IMG/VR virus record: IMGVR_UViG_3300029305_000620 | DNA: 64,000 bases | From: an uncultured virus (IMG/VR IMGVR_UViG_3300029305_000620) | Taxonomy: Duplodnaviria > Heunggongvirae > Uroviricota > Caudoviricetes | Direction: 5' to 3' (one strand) | Shown here: positions 29,206 through 37,392 of the stretch, piece by piece | Numbering within the stretch: position 1 is the stretch's first letter | Layout of the letters: each line of letters opens with the position of its first letter | Program-made: the position numbers and the translations under genes | The notes under the pieces: generated by a model | Seen by the model: only the letters and a program-made list of their open reading frames with translations | Database searches by the model: none | Told to the model about the DNA's origin: nothing

Positions 29206-29459
29206 TGGGAGCAATAGTGGGAGCAATAGGACGCAATTCCTATCTAAACGTACCCAAATGTGACAAATCACCAAACATCCAACCACAAACAAAAATAGCC
29301 GCAAACCCTTGAAAACAGCGGGTTTGCGGCTATTTAGCGCAGATGGAGAGATTCGAACTCTCGCACCGGTTATCCCAGTCTACTCCCTTAGCAGGGGTTG
29401 CAAGAATCCAGTAAAATCAAGGGATTGAGGTGTCACAGGGAGCAATGTGGGAGCAATAG
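29206..29459. other. attP-like site: tRNA-Ser(GCT) 3' half flanked by integrase arm repeats
   Basis: TGGGAGCAATAG x2 at 29206-29229, GGGAGCAAT and TGGGAGCAATAG at 29438-29459; core 29337-29397; hairpin 29293-29335. Confidence 0.85.
29337..29397 (-). pseudogene. 3' fragment of tRNA-Ser(GCT) (att core)
   Basis: CCCCTGCTAAGGGAGTAGACTGG...GAGAGTTCGAATCTCTCCATCTGCGC; tRNA structure stops within the anticodon stem, no D-arm. Confidence 0.85.
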
Positions 29460-29551
29460 ATATTTTTCTCCACGCTGTTTCCCAAAGCAAGTATATCATG
29501 ATTTTCTCCTTTTGACAATGGAAAAACCGCCCCTTTCGGGGCGGCTGGGTG

Positions 29552-30385
29552 TCAGTTATGCTTCACAATGTGCTTCACATATTCCTCCACCTTGTTGTCC
29601 TTGGCGTCAGGATCTTCGATGAAGCACTTTGCCAGGTGTGCGTAGAAATCTGGCTTGTCCACGCCGAACTTCTTTCCTACCTTGTGGAAGTCAGCATACA
29701 TGGCGTTCATGGCCCAGAAGAACTCCAGCAGCCTCTGCTGGCCGGTGATTCCCATGTTCATGGCGTATTGCTGCGCTTGATGCCAGGTATACTTTCCGCC
29801 CCTCACGCCTTCGCCGTCCTCCATGTCCTCCACCCATCTCATGACTGTATCCTTATCCAGGCCGTTTTCGCTTGCCTGCTGGAAGCCGATCTGCCGCGGC
29901 TGTTGGAAATGTTCCTTCCCGTCGCGCTGATCCAGGGGATCGGTCTTGTGCATGAAGTAGCTGACGTTTCCGTATCCGCCGTCGGGCCGATTGTAGTTGA
30001 TCTCTCCAGCGGACGTTTTTCCGTCAGTCATCCGGCGCATTTCGCTATCGTTGCGCTTTTCTTCCTGCCGGCGGTACACTTCCGGCTGTCCGCCGTATGG
30101 ATTCTGCCCATCGGGCTGATCTTCCATCCTCCGCATCCGGCTATCATCCAGATACGGAGGCATGTGTGGTTCCGGCCAGTAATGAGATGTTGCACCGCCC
30201 TGCTCCATACGTCCGTAGTTACCCTGGTTACCTTCCATGTAACGTCCGCGGGAATCACGGCGCCGGCGCATTTCCGGCGCATCCATCATGTTCATCTGGT
30301 CGCCTTCCATGTATCTGCCACGGGAGTCGCGCTGACCGGCTCTTGCCATTGCCATCATACGCATGCCGCTGGACATCTTGCCCAT
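29552..30385 (-). CDS. Cargo operon gene 5: Met/Gly/Arg-rich protein with RDSRGRYMEG repeats and a helical C-domain
   Basis: 277 aa; FFWAMNAMYADF...FYAHLAKCFIEDPDA. Confidence 0.75.
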   Translation of the reverse strand: MGKMSSGMRMMAMARAGQRDSRGRYMEGDQMNMMDAPEMRRRRDSRGRYMEGNQGNYGRMEQGGATSHYWPEPHMPPYLDDSRMRRMEDQPDGQNPYGGQPEVYRRQEEKRNDSEMRRMTDGKTSAGEINYNRPDGGYGNVSYFMHKTDPLDQRDGKEHFQQPRQIGFQQASENGLDKDTVMRWVEDMEDGEGVRGGKYTWHQAQQYAMNMGITGQQRLLEFFWAMNAMYADFHKVGKKFGVDKPDFYAHLAKCFIEDPDAKDNKVEEYVKHIVKHN

Positions 30386-30399
30386 AACGTCACCTCCCC

Positions 30400-30822
30400 T
30401 TACGCAACGCGGATCAGCGTCAGGCTGGCCGCATTAACGGTGATTTCATCAGCGCCAACATTGGCAAGGCCCACGGTGATGGACGCGCCGCAAGGCACGC
30501 GCACCAGGGCTGTGGTCGCCAGCTGCGCCACATCGTCCGCCGCGGTGATGGTCTCGGCCATGGTTGTTCCTGCCAGCGCCTCGCCATTGGTGGTGATCGC
30601 CAGGGTCGCAACCGTGCCGGCAACCGCCGACGTGACCTGAGTGCCAACGCCTACCAGGTAGATGCCGGGACGGGAGATAAGGAACTGACCGCTGCCGTCC
30701 TCATGGGTGAGCCAGCCGCCGTTGCAGTAGCAGGAATTGTTCGTGCGTGCGCGGGATCCGGGGAACAGTACATTCGCGCCGGCCGCAACAGCAACAGGGA
30801 TCGTCACAAAAGCGTTAATCAT
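30400..30822 (-). CDS. Cargo operon gene 4: beta-rich protein resembling the BclA C-terminal/C1q fold
   Basis: GSGQFLISRPGIYLV...NAASLTLIRVA. Confidence 0.6.
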   Translation of the reverse strand: MINAFVTIPVAVAAGANVLFPGSRARTNNSCYCNGGWLTHEDGSGQFLISRPGIYLVGVGTQVTSAVAGTVATLAITTNGEALAGTTMAETITAADDVAQLATTALVRVPCGASITVGLANVGADEITVNAASLTLIRVA

Positions 30823-30907
30823 AGTATTTCTCCTTTCAAAAACAGGGGCGGATATTCTCCGCCCCTTTGTGGTTGTGGGGAATGGCGGAGCGCCAAACTA
30901 TCCCGGA

Positions 30908-31648
30908 TTATGCGAAGTTGTTGCAGCTGCCGTTGTAGCCGTAGCCGACGCCCAGCGGGTTGCCGTAGCAGCAGTTGGGGTTGGGCACGACGTAGGCAGG
31001 CACGGGGCAATCGCGGCCCAGACGGCGGATCAGCTCTGCGGTCTGCGCGTCCTGGTTCGCGGTGATGAAGGCGTTCTGCTGTGCCTGAGAGGCCGCAAAC
31101 TTCAGCGCCTGGTTCTCCGCGGTCAGGGTGCTGATCTTATCGGTGGTCAGGAAGTCCAGGATCGCGCGGGTGTTGGCGTTCTGGTTATCCATCAGGTCGC
31201 GGGTGGCGTTCTGAATCAGGTTGCGGGTGTCGCACGCCTGAGTGGCCATGTCATAGCGCACCTGGGCGATGGCGGCACGGTTCTCGCAGCAGCAGTCGGA
31301 AATCTGGTGAGACAAATCACACAGGCCGCGATCCACGCCGTGGAAGCCATTGGTGATGGTGCCGGTCAGCGCGTAGGTCGCGTCAGCGATGCCCTGCTGG
31401 ATGGCAGTGATACCGCTGGTGATGTTGTTGAGGGCAAAACCCTCGTTGATGTCCGCACGGGTGGCCATGCCCTGTATGCCAGCGCCGCCACCGAAGCCGC
31501 CAAATCCTCCGAAGCCCAGACCGCCGCCCAGTAGCGCGATCAGCAGCAGGATGCCCAGCCAGCCGCCGGAGCCACCGCCGAACCAATCACCGCCGGAGTT
31601 GTTGTTGTCCTGACCCATGGCGTAACCCATGGCAAAATTCTCGTCCAT
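30908..31648 (-). CDS. Cargo operon gene 3: Gly-rich hydrophobic N-terminus, CCC motif, coiled coil
   Basis: GGWLGILLLIALLGGG, DINEGF, CCCENR, PVPAYVVPNP. Confidence 0.8.
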   Translation of the reverse strand: MDENFAMGYAMGQDNNNSGGDWFGGGSGGWLGILLLIALLGGGLGFGGFGGFGGGAGIQGMATRADINEGFALNNITSGITAIQQGIADATYALTGTITNGFHGVDRGLCDLSHQISDCCCENRAAIAQVRYDMATQACDTRNLIQNATRDLMDNQNANTRAILDFLTTDKISTLTAENQALKFAASQAQQNAFITANQDAQTAELIRRLGRDCPVPAYVVPNPNCCYGNPLGVGYGYNGSCNNFA

Positions 31649-31733
31649 AAAATTCTCCTTTCTTCTGCGATCGCAGAATTTTTCTTTGCGATCGCGTATC
31701 TATGCTAAAGGCCGCGTGCACTCAGCCCTTGCA

Positions 31734-31997
31734 TCACTTGATGCCCAGCCTCTCGATCAGTGCCGGGATGGTCACGCCGCGCTTTGCGGCGAGGTTCTGG
31801 ATGATGCCGGTGACCGCTTGCGGTGCATTCCCGCTGATGATCTGCATCGCCTGCATGACCGTGGGGTCTTTTTTGGCGAGCTTCGGCAGCACGTCCTGCG
31901 GGCGCTTGCCGGATCGCATGGCATCCATCAGGGTCTTCATGGTGTTATTCGTCGGATTCTGTTGCGGGCTTTGCCTTCCGAACAGGCTGCTTGCCAT
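31734..31997 (-). CDS. Cargo operon gene 2: small Gln/Met-rich helical protein
   Basis: 87 aa, coupled to the upstream gene. Confidence 0.7.
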   Translation of the reverse strand: MASSLFGRQSPQQNPTNNTMKTLMDAMRSGKRPQDVLPKLAKKDPTVMQAMQIISGNAPQAVTGIIQNLAAKRGVTIPALIERLGIK

Positions 31998-32349
31998 TTG
32001 CGATCATCTCCTTCAGTTCGTCGAATTCCTGCCGGGTGACGTATTCCGTCTGCTGAGTCGGTGCTGCCTCCTGCATCGGGGCAAAGGTATACGCCGCAAT
32101 GGTCGGGTATCCGCCAGCGTCCGTCCTCTTGATATACATCACGTCACGGTCTGCATCAAACAGGGCGGCTACGCTGTTGGGGGCCAGAGGGTACGCCTTC
32201 GCGCCCTCCATGCCGGTCACCTGGATCAGGCCCGGTGCTGTCTGCTGCTGGGGGATCGGGGCCATCGGCGTGTAGTAATTGCGGGCCGGTGCCTGGGGCT
32301 GCTGGTACTGCATCGGGTAGGGATTGCCGTAGATAGGCTGGTTGAACAT
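31945..32349 (-). CDS. Cargo operon gene 1: Gln/Pro-rich protein
   Basis: VTGMEGAKAYPLAPNS...YIKRTDAGG...EYVTRQEFDEL. Confidence 0.75.
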   Translation of the reverse strand: MFNQPIYGNPYPMQYQQPQAPARNYYTPMAPIPQQQTAPGLIQVTGMEGAKAYPLAPNSVAALFDADRDVMYIKRTDAGGYPTIAAYTFAPMQEAAPTQQTEYVTRQEFDELKEMIANGKQPVRKAKPATESDE

Positions 32350-32401
32350 GTTGCATCGCCTCCTTGCACCAAAATTGTCCCATAATTCGCCGTTTTTCAC
32401 G

Positions 32402-32451
32402 ATGAAAGGACGGTGCAACCTCTGGGCAAGGAAAGTGCAAATTCCGTGCAA
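32402..32451 (-). promoter_or_regulatory. Five TTGCAC-like boxes with 11-bp periodicity upstream of the cargo operon
   Basis: TTGCAC, TTGCAC, TTGCCC, TTGCAC, TTTCAT at 32451, 32440, 32429, 32418, 32407. Confidence 0.7.
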
Positions 32452-32453
32452 CA

Positions 32454-32481
32454 TAAAAAAGCCCACCCCGTAGGGTGGGCC
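32454..32481 (-). terminator. Terminator after the lysis/HTH genes
   Basis: GCCCACCCTACGGGGTGGGCTTTTTT. Confidence 0.75.
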
Positions 32482-32487
32482 TGATGG

Positions 32488-32673
32488 TCAAAGTATCTTC
32501 TTTTTGTTCCGCTGCACGACGTACTTCACGCCACGGGCGCTCATGCCGACTTCTTCTGCCAGCGCCTCATAGGTGATTCCGTCGATCAGCTTGCGGGCCA
32601 TGATCTGCCTGTCCCGCTTGGAGTGGATGCGTTCCCGGATGTTGTTCGCAAGGGTGCTGTTGTCAATGTCCGT
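32488..32673 (-). CDS. Small sigma-region-4-like HTH protein; ACG at the start position
   Basis: (M)DIDNSTLA...RDRQIMARKLIDGITYEALAEEVGMSARGVKYVV; RBS GGGGGTGA, in-frame TGA just upstream. Confidence 0.65.
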   Translation of the reverse strand, partial: TDIDNSTLANNIRERIHSKRDRQIMARKLIDGITYEALAEEVGMSARGVKYVVQRNKKKIL

Positions 32674-32688
32674 CGCGCATCACCCCCT

Positions 32689-33051
32689 TTACATCAGCGG
32701 CGTCTGCGGTTCCTCGTCCTCATCGGACGTCTCCTCATCGTCGGGCAGCTCATCAGTATTTTTGTGCTTTCCCCACTCGCCGAAGTGCATCTTCACGGTG
32801 GCCTCAATCATATTTCGGTCAATGGTATATCCGCGCTCCATCAGCTGCGCTTCGACATAGGCCAGCTTATCCTCGCCGTGGCCGGAACCATAGAGCTGCT
32901 CGGCTGCAAAGCACAGCGTGCGGTAGAGTCCCGCCAGGGCCTCCTGCTGCTGGACGCTGGCCTTGGCCTTTATCCACGGGATGACAAAGGCGGTAATGAC
33001 AGCCGCCAGCAGGGCGATGATGGCGTTGAACAGGTTAGTCAGATCAATCAT
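32689..33051 (-). CDS. Holin (LL-H-like)
   Basis: N-terminal TM, AAEQLYGSGHGEDKLAYV, IEATV. Confidence 0.8.
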   Translation of the reverse strand: MIDLTNLFNAIIALLAAVITAFVIPWIKAKASVQQQEALAGLYRTLCFAAEQLYGSGHGEDKLAYVEAQLMERGYTIDRNMIEATVKMHFGEWGKHKNTDELPDDEETSDEDEEPQTPLM

Positions 33052-33066
33052 GGTGTTTCTCCTTTC

Positions 33067-33321
33067 TTACTCGACAACACGCCAGTCAGTAGCAAGCATG
33101 TCGCTCTGAGAGGCAAGCCAGCCCAGCTGCACACCGCTGGTTCCAACAAACGCAAATGCCTGATTGCCAATCGCGTCATGGTTCGCATTGACAATTTCTC
33201 CCTTAGCGTTCATATACGAGATGTTGGTGGCAAGCTCGACATACTGGTTCTTTCCGTTCCAACCGCTGCGGGCGATACGCGCACCCTGCTTGGCCATGTT
33301 GATAGCGTTTCCGAAATTCAT
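33067..33321 (-). CDS. DUF2829 / Tad2-like anti-Thoeris sponge protein
   Basis: MNFGNAI...GARIARSGWNGK...GWLASQSDMLATDW. Confidence 0.75.
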   Translation of the reverse strand: MNFGNAINMAKQGARIARSGWNGKNQYVELATNISYMNAKGEIVNANHDAIGNQAFAFVGTSGVQLGWLASQSDMLATDWRVVE

Positions 33322-33336
33322 GTTAATTCTCCTTTC

Positions 33337-33588
33337 TTACCAGTCGGCGATGCACTGGTTCTCAAACTTCTTGTAGGCATCAATGTACCACTCTTTCTTG
33401 TCTCCATTATAGGTGACTTCGTAGTACATGCCATCAGACAGTGTGGTCGAAATCAGATACTTCCAGTTCTGAAGGATCTTGCTTTTCCATACGATGAACA
33501 CACCGAATGTGGTGGCAGTATCCGACTTATCCAGGTGCTTGTTAGCATAGTCTCTGACAAGACTCATTGCCTTTACGTCCATGTCCAT
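33337..33588 (-). CDS. DUF6275-like protein
   Basis: VFIVWKSKILQNWKYLISTT..DGMYYEVTYNGDKKEWYIDAYKK. Confidence 0.7.
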   Translation of the reverse strand: MDMDVKAMSLVRDYANKHLDKSDTATTFGVFIVWKSKILQNWKYLISTTLSDGMYYEVTYNGDKKEWYIDAYKKFENQCIADW

Positions 33589-33670
33589 CGGATTGTTTCT
33601 CCTTTCTAGCTTAAAGAATCTGCATATTTATTGTCTTAGATTGTGCAGTTAGTTTGTAAATAAGGCAAAT

Positions 33671-33979
33671 TTACGTCACAACTTCCCACTCATCGACTTC
33701 CTTTTTGATCTTGTCGATAAATGAGTTTCCCTTCAACGCCTTGTACGCCTTGTAGAGCAGCAGGAAGTTCTCGTACTCGTACTGCCGGATGGTTTTCTTT
33801 TCCCGGTTGTGGTAGTAGATCGTCAGCATCTCATTGCGCAGCAGGCACTTGACGCCGTTGCAGATCATGATGACCGCCGCCAGGACCGGAGCCAGCGCGG
33901 TCAGTTCCACAGCGATGGCGGGCCAGTTTTCGATGATCGTCTGCACAATGCCTATGGTGTTATCCAATGGAACCACCAC
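33671..33979 (-). CDS. Holin-like/membrane lysis-module protein
   Basis: One TM; GVKCLLRNEM...YKAYKALKGNS. Confidence 0.6.
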   Translation of the reverse strand: MVVPLDNTIGIVQTIIENWPAIAVELTALAPVLAAVIMICNGVKCLLRNEMLTIYYHNREKKTIRQYEYENFLLLYKAYKALKGNSFIDKIKKEVDEWEVVT

Positions 33980-34883
33980 CCTCCATCGCCGTCAGGCGTT
34001 CATTTAGGTCTTCAACCTTTTCCTCGATGGAAAGAGTTTCCCAACGGTCCGAGGGCTCCTGCGGGCCGTCAGGGGCTTCCACGGGCTTGTCCTCGTCCTC
34101 GTCATCGTCCGGCTCATCGTCTTCCGTCTGCCGCAGGGCATTGAGCGTCAGCGGACCGGCGATGCCGTCAGGCTTCAAACCACGGTCATGCTGGAAGGCC
34201 CGAACGGCACTCAGGGTCTCGCTGCCGTACTTGCCGTCGATCAGAGGCGTTCCGTCCTTCTTCTTGCCCACGTCGTACCCTTCGCGGACAAGCGCTTCCT
34301 GCAGCTCCTTCACGTCCTCGCCGCTGTCACCCTTGCGCATCGTGCGCGGAGGAATCTCGATGACGTTCGGCGGAAGATCATAGTCCACCTTGACCATCTC
34401 TCCGCCGATCTTGACCAGCAGTTCGCCCCACTCATCCCACGCGGACAGCTTGCTTTCGACAACGCCTGTCCGCGTCCCCTGGGCCTCAATGACGGTATCC
34501 ACGCCGTACTTGCCCTCGCCGACGTACATGCCGACGTGTGTACGCTTGCCGTCGGTGTTCTGATAGACCGCCGTGCCGGGATAGATTTCCATGCGGCCAC
34601 CCACAGCCCCGCGATGTGCGGGGTCTGTGTAGGTGTTCCACATGGTATTGGAGCCGTGGTATATGTACGCGCCCAGCTCATTCGCCGCCCAACGGAAAAG
34701 TCCGGAGCAGTCTGCCACGCGCTTCCCGACCCATTGCTGACCATGCTGGACTGTCATCTCACGGGTGGCGGAATCCTGCTCTTTCTGCGTCCAGATACCG
34801 CCGGATTCGCCCCAGATGTAGCCCCAGCGCTCGTCACGGGCTTGTCGGAACAGGCGGCAAAGGTCTGATGCCTTGATGGTCAT
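33960..34883 (-). CDS. Endolysin: NlpC/P60-like catalytic domain + peptidoglycan-binding domain
   Basis: GYIWG, ADCSGL, HVGMYVG; GDSGEDVKELQ..L...DGKYG..T..AVRAFQ..GLKPDGIAG. Confidence 0.88.
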   Translation of the reverse strand: MTIKASDLCRLFRQARDERWGYIWGESGGIWTQKEQDSATREMTVQHGQQWVGKRVADCSGLFRWAANELGAYIYHGSNTMWNTYTDPAHRGAVGGRMEIYPGTAVYQNTDGKRTHVGMYVGEGKYGVDTVIEAQGTRTGVVESKLSAWDEWGELLVKIGGEMVKVDYDLPPNVIEIPPRTMRKGDSGEDVKELQEALVREGYDVGKKKDGTPLIDGKYGSETLSAVRAFQHDRGLKPDGIAGPLTLNALRQTEDDEPDDDEDEDKPVEAPDGPQEPSDRWETLSIEEKVEDLNERLTAMEGGGSIG

Positions 34884-35288
34884 TTAGACCACCTCCCACC
34901 CTGCCGGATACTGCTCCGGGGTGTACACGTTCGCGTCGATCAGGGACTTGTACAGCACATCGCCCCACCAGCCGTGCTCGTCCTTGCTGAACGCCGTGCC
35001 AGCCGTGATGGTCTCCGGGATGATTCGGTAGCCCTGCTTGTAGGCGATGTCCTCCCACAGGGTCGGGGCGTTGTCCGGGTTGTTCTGCTCCGTGTCCCAC
35101 AGGTCGGAGGCGGCGCGCTTGATCGTGCCGTGCCAGTTGATGCGCGTGCCAGCGCGGACGAGGGAGCCGTCCTGCTTGAGGGCCGGGAAAAGCTCTGCCG
35201 CGTTGCTGGCGGACGCATCATCAAGGGAGGCCGATGCCTGTACGATGTAGGGGCGCAGCTTCCGCGCCTTGTTGATGTACTCGCTCAT
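34884..35288 (-). CDS. Carbohydrate-binding (CBM5/12-like) tail-associated protein
   Basis: NPDNAPTLW; LYKSLIDANVYTPEQYPAGW. Confidence 0.65.
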   Translation of the reverse strand: MSEYINKARKLRPYIVQASASLDDASASNAAELFPALKQDGSLVRAGTRINWHGTIKRAASDLWDTEQNNPDNAPTLWEDIAYKQGYRIIPETITAGTAFSKDEHGWWGDVLYKSLIDANVYTPEQYPAGWEVV

Positions 35289-35519
35289 TTATTCCGCCTC
35301 CCCCACAAGGATGTCGTATGCCTTGGCCTTCGCTTCAACCTCGGACAGGTCGGTGACTTCCTCCGGCATGACCTCGCCCTCGGTGTAGACCCTGCCGGAA
35401 TCCAACGGGTCGATGGCCTCGGAGTAGGAAACGCCGTCACGCACCACGAAACGGTTGGAGTCGCTGTAGGTGCGGATGAAGTCACGGTTTCGGATGGTTA
35501 CTCGCTCGGTGATAATCAT
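35289..35519 (-). CDS. Small tail-fibre-associated protein
   Basis: IRTYSD...GVSYSEAIDP...YTE. Confidence 0.6.
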   Translation of the reverse strand: MIITERVTIRNRDFIRTYSDSNRFVVRDGVSYSEAIDPLDSGRVYTEGEVMPEEVTDLSEVEAKAKAYDILVGEAE

Positions 35520-35531
35520 GGTCGCACCTCC

Positions 35532-36641
35532 TTAATATGCCTTGATGTAGTCAGCGTAGGTTGCCCAGTTGGTCGCCGCAATCCACTCGTCGTAGAGGGC
35601 CGCAGGGACACGGATTTCGCAGTCGGCGGGGATGCCGGTGAATGCGTTTGTATTTGCCAGCGACGGTACTGCTGTGTGAGCTGTGAAATCGTAGAAAGCA
35701 ACGCCATTGCAACCGTAGAAAGACCTCGCTTCGATAGAGATGACTTGCGCTGGGACGATCACGGATGCAAAACTGGAGCAGGAAGAGAAAACTGAGTTTC
35801 GATATGATGTAACGCCTCTCTCTGGATAAGACACGAAAGACAAGCCGTAACAATTTGCAAACTGGTTCGACATAGTTGCCATTACAGTTTCTCCGGTCGG
35901 AACTGTAATATATTTCAGCCCAGTGCATCCGTAGAAAGTATATGCTCCTTGCAAAACAACATTGGCGGGGATCGATACGGATGCGAGGCTGATACAGCTA
36001 TGGAAAGCAACGCCTTCAAGTTGAACATTTGCGCCTATTTCAGCTTTACGGACTGCATAAAGGTAATTTTTATTGCGGTTGTCCGAACTTTCTGAGTGCC
36101 GCAAAACACAGGAACCACCTGTGCCTGTCATACCAAGAAGTCCCATCTCGCCATCCACCGTCAACCGGATAACGTAATCACCCGGCGCGGCGTATGCATG
36201 TTCCGGTGTCCACTTGGTCGTGCTTATATCCGTACCCGTCAGCACATTCGGCTCCGTCCCATCGCCCCAGTCCACCGTTACCGTGCCATTCACACCCACG
36301 CCCAGCATGGGGCTGGTGCGGCCTTCCTGCAAGGTGATATACAGGCGGGTCGTGCCGTCATCGGTGGTGTACATCGCACCGATATTCATGGCGCGGGTCA
36401 GGCCCTTCACGCCCTCCAGCGACCAGTTCCAGCCCTGAAACACAAGCCCGGGATGCTCCGGGCCAGCAGGGAGTTCGGACAGGGCTTGCGCTTCTGCTAC
36501 CGTGTAGGCATGAACGCAAGTGCCGTCGTAGTCGTAGAAGTTGACCTCCTTGGGACTGACACCAGCAGACCCGCCGCCCGAGCCGGAGGAGCCCCCGCCA
36601 CTACCGAACAGCGTTGCCATGATCAAGTCTTTTCCGACCAT
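35532..36641 (-). CDS. BspA-type leucine-rich-repeat protein (putative receptor binding)
   Basis: AFxxCxxLxxVxIP repeats, VDWGDG, IRVPAALYDEWIAATNW. Confidence 0.8.
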   Translation of the reverse strand: MVGKDLIMATLFGSGGGSSGSGGGSAGVSPKEVNFYDYDGTCVHAYTVAEAQALSELPAGPEHPGLVFQGWNWSLEGVKGLTRAMNIGAMYTTDDGTTRLYITLQEGRTSPMLGVGVNGTVTVDWGDGTEPNVLTGTDISTTKWTPEHAYAAPGDYVIRLTVDGEMGLLGMTGTGGSCVLRHSESSDNRNKNYLYAVRKAEIGANVQLEGVAFHSCISLASVSIPANVVLQGAYTFYGCTGLKYITVPTGETVMATMSNQFANCYGLSFVSYPERGVTSYRNSVFSSCSSFASVIVPAQVISIEARSFYGCNGVAFYDFTAHTAVPSLANTNAFTGIPADCEIRVPAALYDEWIAATNWATYADYIKAY

Positions 36642-36645
36642 CTCA

Positions 36646-36873
36646 TCACCCCCTGAACTTCGTCCACACGCCCGACGGACTCAGCATGTACCCCACGCTC
36701 AGGTCGGCGGTGTAGGCGAAGGAACCGGGCGCAGGCTTGACGGTCTTTTTGCCGTCGCTCACGACCTCGCCCATGCCGGTGATGTCGGATTCCGCATCCG
36801 CCAGGATGGTGCATTCGACCTCCGGGGGAATCTTGCTGCGCACGATCTTGGGCTCAATGATTTTCAGTGCCAT
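36646..36873 (-). CDS. Small protein preceding the LRR gene
   Basis: 75 aa; APGSFAYTAD...YMLSPSGVW; AAGGAG RBS. Confidence 0.65.
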   Translation of the reverse strand: MALKIIEPKIVRSKIPPEVECTILADAESDITGMGEVVSDGKKTVKPAPGSFAYTADLSVGYMLSPSGVWTKFRG

Positions 36874-36911
36874 AGGTTATCCACTCCTTTTTGTTCGTTG
36901 GGTAAGCCACG

Positions 36912-36944
36912 AAAAAAGCGCCCTGCCGCAATGGCAAAGCGCTT
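36912..36944 (-). terminator. Terminator after the MuF/ncRNA unit
   Basis: AAGCGCTTTGCCATTGCGGCAGGGCGCTTTTTT. Confidence 0.7.
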
Positions 36945-36958
36945 ATGTATGTTGTTGT

Positions 36959-37115
36959 TTATGCGGGGGAGAATTTGCATCTCCCATGACAAGACACTCC
37001 CGTCCTAACCGTGCCCTGCGCGGTCAGCTATTTCGCTGTGGTTACGCGCCGATGGAGTCGAACCATTAGGCCTGTCTATCTGCAAATAGCGTCTACCTAT
37101 TCCGCCACCGCATAA
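36959..37115 (-). ncRNA. Extended tRNA-like RNA with two alternative 3' halves
   Basis: Leu-type D-arm GTGGCGGAATAGGTAGACGC; inner T-arm plus CCA ending at 37039; outer T-like arm and 8-bp terminal stem. Confidence 0.55.
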
Positions 37116-37129
37116 TATCATCCTCTGTC

Positions 37130-37330
37130 TTATTCGGGTTGGTAGAAGTCGCACTTCTCGCCCTTCCAGAGCACGCCCGGGGGCTTGTCGCTGTAGACCG
37201 AGCAGGTGCCGTACTTGTACCGTTCCACCTTTTCACCCATCACTTCGATGGGCCTGAGACGGTGCTTGCACGTCCGGCAGGGGATGTCGTTCCCAGGCTC
37301 CGTCGTGCGGATGATCTCATCCTTCTCCAT
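37130..37330 (-). CDS. Small Cys-rich protein after MuF toxin (candidate immunity/partner)
   Basis: CRTCKH...C..Y.DKP..V....KCDFY; GGAGG RBS. Confidence 0.65.
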   Translation of the reverse strand: MEKDEIIRTTEPGNDIPCRTCKHRLRPIEVMGEKVERYKYGTCSVYSDKPPGVLWKGEKCDFYQPE

Positions 37331-37392
37331 TGCGTGGCCTCCTCCGTTCAGAATGTCATATTATACCACGTTTTGAGCGCCCACGCAACACC

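Noticed and set aside
29337..29397. Intact host tRNA-Ser gene
   Set aside because: Only the 3' half is present; no D-arm or 5' acceptor strand
34884..36900. Diversity-generating retroelement acting on the LRR/tail genes
   Set aside because: No reverse transcriptase and no TR/VR pair recognised
37039..37115. Canonical tRNA-Cys(GCA)
   Set aside because: Anticodon loop is the wrong size, the D-arm is Leu-like and acceptor spacing is irregular; reported as tRNA-like instead
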